From: an uncultured virus (IMG/VR IMGVR_UViG_3300049171_000081)
Lineage: Duplodnaviria; Heunggongvirae; Uroviricota; Caudoviricetes
DNA: 20,000 nt
IMG/VR virus record: IMGVR_UViG_3300049171_000081
Coordinates: 57,329 to 77,328 of that record
Direction: 5' to 3' (one strand)
A model generated the notes under the pieces. That model ran no database searches, was not told where the DNA came from, and saw only the letters and a list, made by a program, of their open reading frames with translations. Made by a program: the position numbers and the translations under genes. How positions within the stretch are numbered: the stretch's first letter is position 1; every line of letters begins with the position of its first letter. This document shows, one piece after another, positions 16,010 through 20,000 of this stretch.

Positions 16010-16270
16010 CTACTCGGGCTGCGACAGGACCCGGAAGGAGCGACGACGCACACCCGTCACCCATCCGGAGCTGTTGAACTTCACAGGCTCGTTCGATCGG
16101 TGCACGGTGTACGCGACCCCGTCCGGGTAGTTCTCCTCCGGATCTGGCGTGCCGGGGCGCGGCTCCCCGTGCTGCATCACCTTGTACTCCGCGTCCCGGT
16201 AACGAACGATCGCGCCCACGGGCACAGGGGTGTCGCCTGGCGTGTAGTCGGTCTGATCCTCGTTGCTCAT
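16010..16270 (-). CDS. Hypothetical protein (SH3-like beta composition)
   Basis: AGGGGG SD before ATG 16270. Contains VGAIVRY…YKV. Confidence 0.7.
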   Translation of the reverse strand: MSNEDQTDYTPGDTPVPVGAIVRYRDAEYKVMQHGEPRPGTPDPEENYPDGVAYTVHRSNEPVKFNSSGWVTGVRRRSFRVLSQPE

Positions 16271-16280
16271 CTTGATCCCC

Positions 16281-16958
16281 CTACAGGACTTCGGTCTCGA
16301 CGAGATGCGGCTCGTGCGGAAGGGCAACCACGATCCAGTCACCTTCGAGGTTGACGTTCTGGAAGTAGGACTGCTGCCCATCCCGAATGCCTCGGGCAAC
16401 GAGCTTGCGCTGGATCTCCTCGAAGGAGCCGCCCGTCGTCCCGCGTCGGGTCTTCTTACCAGGCACCCAGCCGCGCTGGACGTGGTAGATGTCCCAACGC
16501 AGATCTCGGGTGGGGGCGGACTTCATGTTCCAGACCTCGACGACTCCCGGCCCGAACTCCGCCACCAGAGCCCTCTTCAGGCGCTCCTCGGCATCCTTCG
16601 GGTCGAGCCCGGGGAAGAATAGCGAGCTGGAGACCCGAGATCCGGCGACCGGCATCAGGAACCTCTCCTCACCGAGCGGGTCTTCCTCGAAGACCTTGTC
16701 GGCGTTCACCAGGTATGAGGCTCCGAAGTCGGAGAGGATGCGAACCTGCGGGTCGTTCTCCCGGGTGAGGTACGTGCCGCTCTTCCCGATCCGGGCGGGG
16801 ACGAGGAACTCCGGGTCGAGCACCCGGTGGTCCGGAACGAGGACGCGATCCCCCTCGGAAAGAGACCGGACCTGCTCCAAGGTCAGCGGGGTGACGCGCA
16901 CCTTCTCGGCCTGGACCGGCATCGACTCGGCCGTGCGGGCGTTGTCACTGTCAGCCAT
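16281..16958 (-). CDS. Hypothetical protein
   Basis: Strong AGGAGG SD and a 225-aa protein-like ORF. Confidence 0.8.
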   Translation of the reverse strand: MADSDNARTAESMPVQAEKVRVTPLTLEQVRSLSEGDRVLVPDHRVLDPEFLVPARIGKSGTYLTRENDPQVRILSDFGASYLVNADKVFEEDPLGEERFLMPVAGSRVSSSLFFPGLDPKDAEERLKRALVAEFGPGVVEVWNMKSAPTRDLRWDIYHVQRGWVPGKKTRRGTTGGSFEEIQRKLVARGIRDGQQSYFQNVNLEGDWIVVALPHEPHLVETEVL

Positions 16959-17126
16959 TTTTCCTCCTGTGTGGAACTGGGGGCTTCCCGGTTCCCTCGC
17001 GGATGGTGCGGCCGGGGGTTTCCCGGACGCTATGGATGAGCCCGGAAGCCGACCCTGTCAGGTGGGACAACTTCCGGGCTCGAAACCAACATAGCATGGC
17101 CTAGGCCGTGCCGGGAATTCCGGATC

Positions 17127-18944
17127 TCAGTTGGTCTGGTAGTTCGGCAGGTGCGGTCCGATGTGTCCGATGTAGATCAGGCCGGTCTCGCCGCTGGTGT
17201 CGTCGTGGAAGTGCATCCGAGGGGCCGGAGGCTTACCGGACCCGATCCGGATGTGTGCCTCCATGAGCACAGTGCCCGACGGGTCCACCTCCAGTGGAAC
17301 GGGAAAGACGCGGGCGGTGCGGAACTTGGTGTTCATCATGACGCCCTTCGACTCCACCGCCGAGTACCGCATCCGAGGGATCACGTGCTCGGCTTCAGGG
17401 TCCTGAAGGTAGGCCGCGAAGTGGGGAACCTCGCCCGCGCCCCGCTTGTCCTTCATTCCGGCGTACTCGTCCAGAGCAAGCAGCGACTCCCAGGTGCGCC
17501 GGACCCAGGTCCTCTCCTGGTCCTGGCCGCGCAGCTTGCCGATCCCGTCCTCGACGCGGCCGAGCCGAATACTCTTCAGTCTGTCCGCAGCGGACAGGAG
17601 TTCGTCCCAGGTGTCGGGCGTGAACTCCTCGGTCTTCGTCTCCATGAGGACGCTGCTGCCCAGCCGGGCCAGCTCCCTGCGCAGGGAGAGGTTCTCCCGT
17701 CGCGCTGCGAGCAGCTCACGATGCTGCTCGTCGAGCAGATCCTCCGCCAGCTCCGCGCCCTCCTGTGCCTCCTGGAGAGCCTCGGACAGCCGTTGTGCCT
17801 CCCGAGCCGCACGATCACCATCCAGGCGCTCCTGAAGCTGCTGAACGTCCTTCAGGAGCTTGGTGTGATGCTCCTTGGCCTCGCGCTCCCTGTCCAGAGC
17901 CTCGTCAAGAAGCCCTCGCATGGTGTCCCGCTCCTGCTCGAACAAGGTGACCGAGGTCTTCAGGTCGTTGACCTGAGTCTTGAGGTCTTCCACCTCGGCC
18001 CGGGAGGCCCGGAGGTCTTCGGCGTTCTTCTTCGCACGCTCTTCCTCGGTGAGAAGCGTCCAGTGCTGGTTTATATCCCGCACGTCCGAGGGGTCGATCG
18101 CCATCACCTGCTCGTTGAACATGTCCGTGAGTACGGACGCGAGTTCCCGGACATCTCCGCCCTTGCTGAAGGGCATGTCCCGGGAAAAAGACAGATGGCT
18201 TTTCTCGATCCCTCTCCTGCGCCAGCTTGCAAGAAGAACCGCAGTGCCACATTCCGGGAGATGCGTACCGAACCGGGGGAGGATTTTCTTGTTGAGGATG
18301 TCCCGAGCCCCGTCGTCGACGGCCCGGATATCAAAGACCCGGCCGTACATGCTGTTCGGCAGACGCGGAATGAGGGGGTGAAGCTGAGGCCCTCTCCTCA
18401 TGGCAGCGTGCAGATCATCCAGATCCATGGGGTCATGAGTGATCACAGCGACGCCCCACTGCATCTCCGACAGTGCCTGGACGACGCTATGGAAAGGGGA
18501 GATCGTCAGGCTGTGAATCAGGTTCGGGGTCATGTAGTTGAGCTTCAGGTACCCGGGCTTGTGCTTACCCCCCAGGAAGAAGCTCAGCGGAGATGGCCAG
18601 TGCGGGTTCCAGGGCCGATCCGCCTTCGCGTAGACCTGGAAGATCCCCTTCAAGGGGTTCGCCGTCGCGTCGTACTCCTCGGGCTCGATGTCCGGCCTCG
18701 GCTCTGCGAGCTGGTGGAGCGCCCCGAAGCGTCCACGGATGGTGGCCCCATCCTCGGTCGTCCAGAGGGCGTCGTAGTTCCACCACTGACCCTCGCGGGC
18801 CTCGGACCGGGGGCCGTGCTGGAGAACTCGGACGTCACGTTCCAGACGTTCAGCCATCCAGGAGATCTCCGGCATGACGTCCAACGTGCCGATCGTGCCC
18901 CAATGGTTGGGCTGTACCTCGACCTTGCTCTTCAACTTCCTCAA
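17127..18944 (-). CDS. Large coiled-coil protein with possible RelE/ParE-like C-terminal domain
   Basis: 605-aa ORF with a heptad-rich segment at about aa 300-430 and C-terminal MEAHIRIG…PRMHFHDD…IYIGHIGPHL. The start is more likely TTG 18935 given spacing from AAAGGAG. The CDS is confident; the domain call is tentative. Confidence 0.85.
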   Translation of the reverse strand: MRKLKSKVEVQPNHWGTIGTLDVMPEISWMAERLERDVRVLQHGPRSEAREGQWWNYDALWTTEDGATIRGRFGALHQLAEPRPDIEPEEYDATANPLKGIFQVYAKADRPWNPHWPSPLSFFLGGKHKPGYLKLNYMTPNLIHSLTISPFHSVVQALSEMQWGVAVITHDPMDLDDLHAAMRRGPQLHPLIPRLPNSMYGRVFDIRAVDDGARDILNKKILPRFGTHLPECGTAVLLASWRRRGIEKSHLSFSRDMPFSKGGDVRELASVLTDMFNEQVMAIDPSDVRDINQHWTLLTEEERAKKNAEDLRASRAEVEDLKTQVNDLKTSVTLFEQERDTMRGLLDEALDREREAKEHHTKLLKDVQQLQERLDGDRAAREAQRLSEALQEAQEGAELAEDLLDEQHRELLAARRENLSLRRELARLGSSVLMETKTEEFTPDTWDELLSAADRLKSIRLGRVEDGIGKLRGQDQERTWVRRTWESLLALDEYAGMKDKRGAGEVPHFAAYLQDPEAEHVIPRMRYSAVESKGVMMNTKFRTARVFPVPLEVDPSGTVLMEAHIRIGSGKPPAPRMHFHDDTSGETGLIYIGHIGPHLPNYQTN

Positions 18945-19033
18945 CTCCTTTCGGGGACCATCCTCTCATCCCCGCCACCCGGACGGGCCAGCACCGGGTA
19001 GTGAGCTGTGACCTTCTCTCGAACAAAGGTTCG

Positions 19034-19138
19034 GCCCACGTGTAGGCTCAGCGCGAGATTTTTTCGCCGGACGGAGTTCGGGGCTCGACCCTCTCCTGGG
19101 GTCTTCTGGAGGAAGTTGCCCACGGAGCCCACGTGTAG
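19034..19138. repeat. 12-bp direct repeat GCCCACGTGTAG x2
   Basis: Exact copies at 19034-19045 and 19127-19138. Confidence 0.85.
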
Positions 19139-19189
19139 ACGGACACACGCCTGTAACCAGGACCCAATTTCTAAACTCTCGCGCAAAAC

Positions 19190-20000
19190 TGGTTTTCTCA
19201 TACACGCATCCTTTTTCCTTTCCTTCTCGCGCGCCGCTCGCTTTTCTCTCTCGCTCCCTTTCTCGCTCACTTTTCTTTCTCTCTCACTCTCACATTGTCT
19301 GTGCTTATTCCTTTTCATTCTCTCTCGTGTGCCTGCCTATCTCTCGTGTGCTTATCCCTGTCGAATGCCTAGGCATATCCCTTTGCCTTCCTGCTGGCAC
19401 CCTTCCTCTCTTTCTCCCGTGTCCTTTCCTGTCTATTGCTCATCCATTGCTCACCCTTTCTGAGTGGAGAAAAACACGAGAGAGATACGAATAGGGGCAC
19501 GCCTATTCGCTTTCGATTGCCGCGCCCCTGCCCGCCCCTTTCCCCTTCCATATTCCTCACGTATTGCTAGGCATGGTGGAGTGATACGGGTAGGGAAAGA
19601 GGCACGAGAAACCGACGTGTACCGATATCCGATAGGGCGCGCCCATTCCTTTCACGTCGTCGCTCCCTTTCCTCCCCGTTCCTCTCTCTCGTGTCCTTTC
19701 CTTTCGTCGTCCCTTCTCCCTCCCTTTGCCGCGTCTCCTTTCCTCTCATGTCCCCTGCCCTTTCCTTTCGTTCCTCCCTGCCTTTTCTGGGGTGCCGAAA
19801 TACCGGTGAGAGGAACACGCGTGTTTGCGCTGCATTCCTAACGGGCGTGCTCCGATGTTTCGCCTAAAGGCATGATCATCCTTGGGCCTAGGGCTTGCTA
19901 CAGAGAGCAATACAAAGAATCCCTGTACGCCTCCCTGCCCGCTCCACTCCCCGCCTAGGTCGAATGGCGCGCCCCGTGACCTATCCGTCCGCCCCTGCCC
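19190..20000. other. Non-coding pyrimidine-skewed low-complexity region with short repeats
   Basis: Long C/T tracts on the + strand. CTCTCGTGT occurs at 19322, 19341, 19686 and inverted at 19474. CCTAGG-type motifs are present and there is no credible ORF. Confidence 0.8.

Noticed and set aside
17151..19001. 616-aa plus-strand ORF
   Set aside because: It is the antisense mirror of 17127-18944, typical of high-GC3 genes.
18941..19841. ORFs in the low-complexity region (Arg/Glu/Lys-rich or Ser/Leu/Phe/Pro-rich)
   Set aside because: Their composition simply reflects purine or pyrimidine tracts, with no coding-like codon bias.
19000..20000. CRISPR array or tRNA cluster
   Set aside because: The repeats are 9-12 bp and irregularly spaced, and no convincing cloverleaf was seen.

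Overview
High-GC segment of an actinobacterial, most likely Streptomyces, phage or prophage/phage-plasmid. The largest gene is absent from the supplied ORF track: a minus-strand terminase large subunit (ATG 2012, running off the left edge). It carries a 268-aa Ala1, WCT-type (class 3) intein with a degenerate LAGLIDADG remnant, inserted inside the Walker A motif. A probable small terminase lies about 8.3 kb upstream (10298-10879). Between them are an oppositely oriented run of small, translationally coupled genes (2446-7389, including DUF6221 and several apparent paralogues) and a GntR / membrane-anchored Mrr-like nuclease / methyltransferase block. Further right are a PnuC-like::ParB/Srx fusion, a protealysin-like M4 metalloprotease with no visible inhibitor gene, two orphan antitoxin-like genes, a HIT hydrolase and a 605-aa coiled-coil protein with a possible RelE-like C-terminus. 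The last ~1 kb is non-coding, strongly pyrimidine-skewed and repeat-rich, and may be a genome-end/packaging or origin region. All family calls come from motif recognition by eye; no database searches were run.
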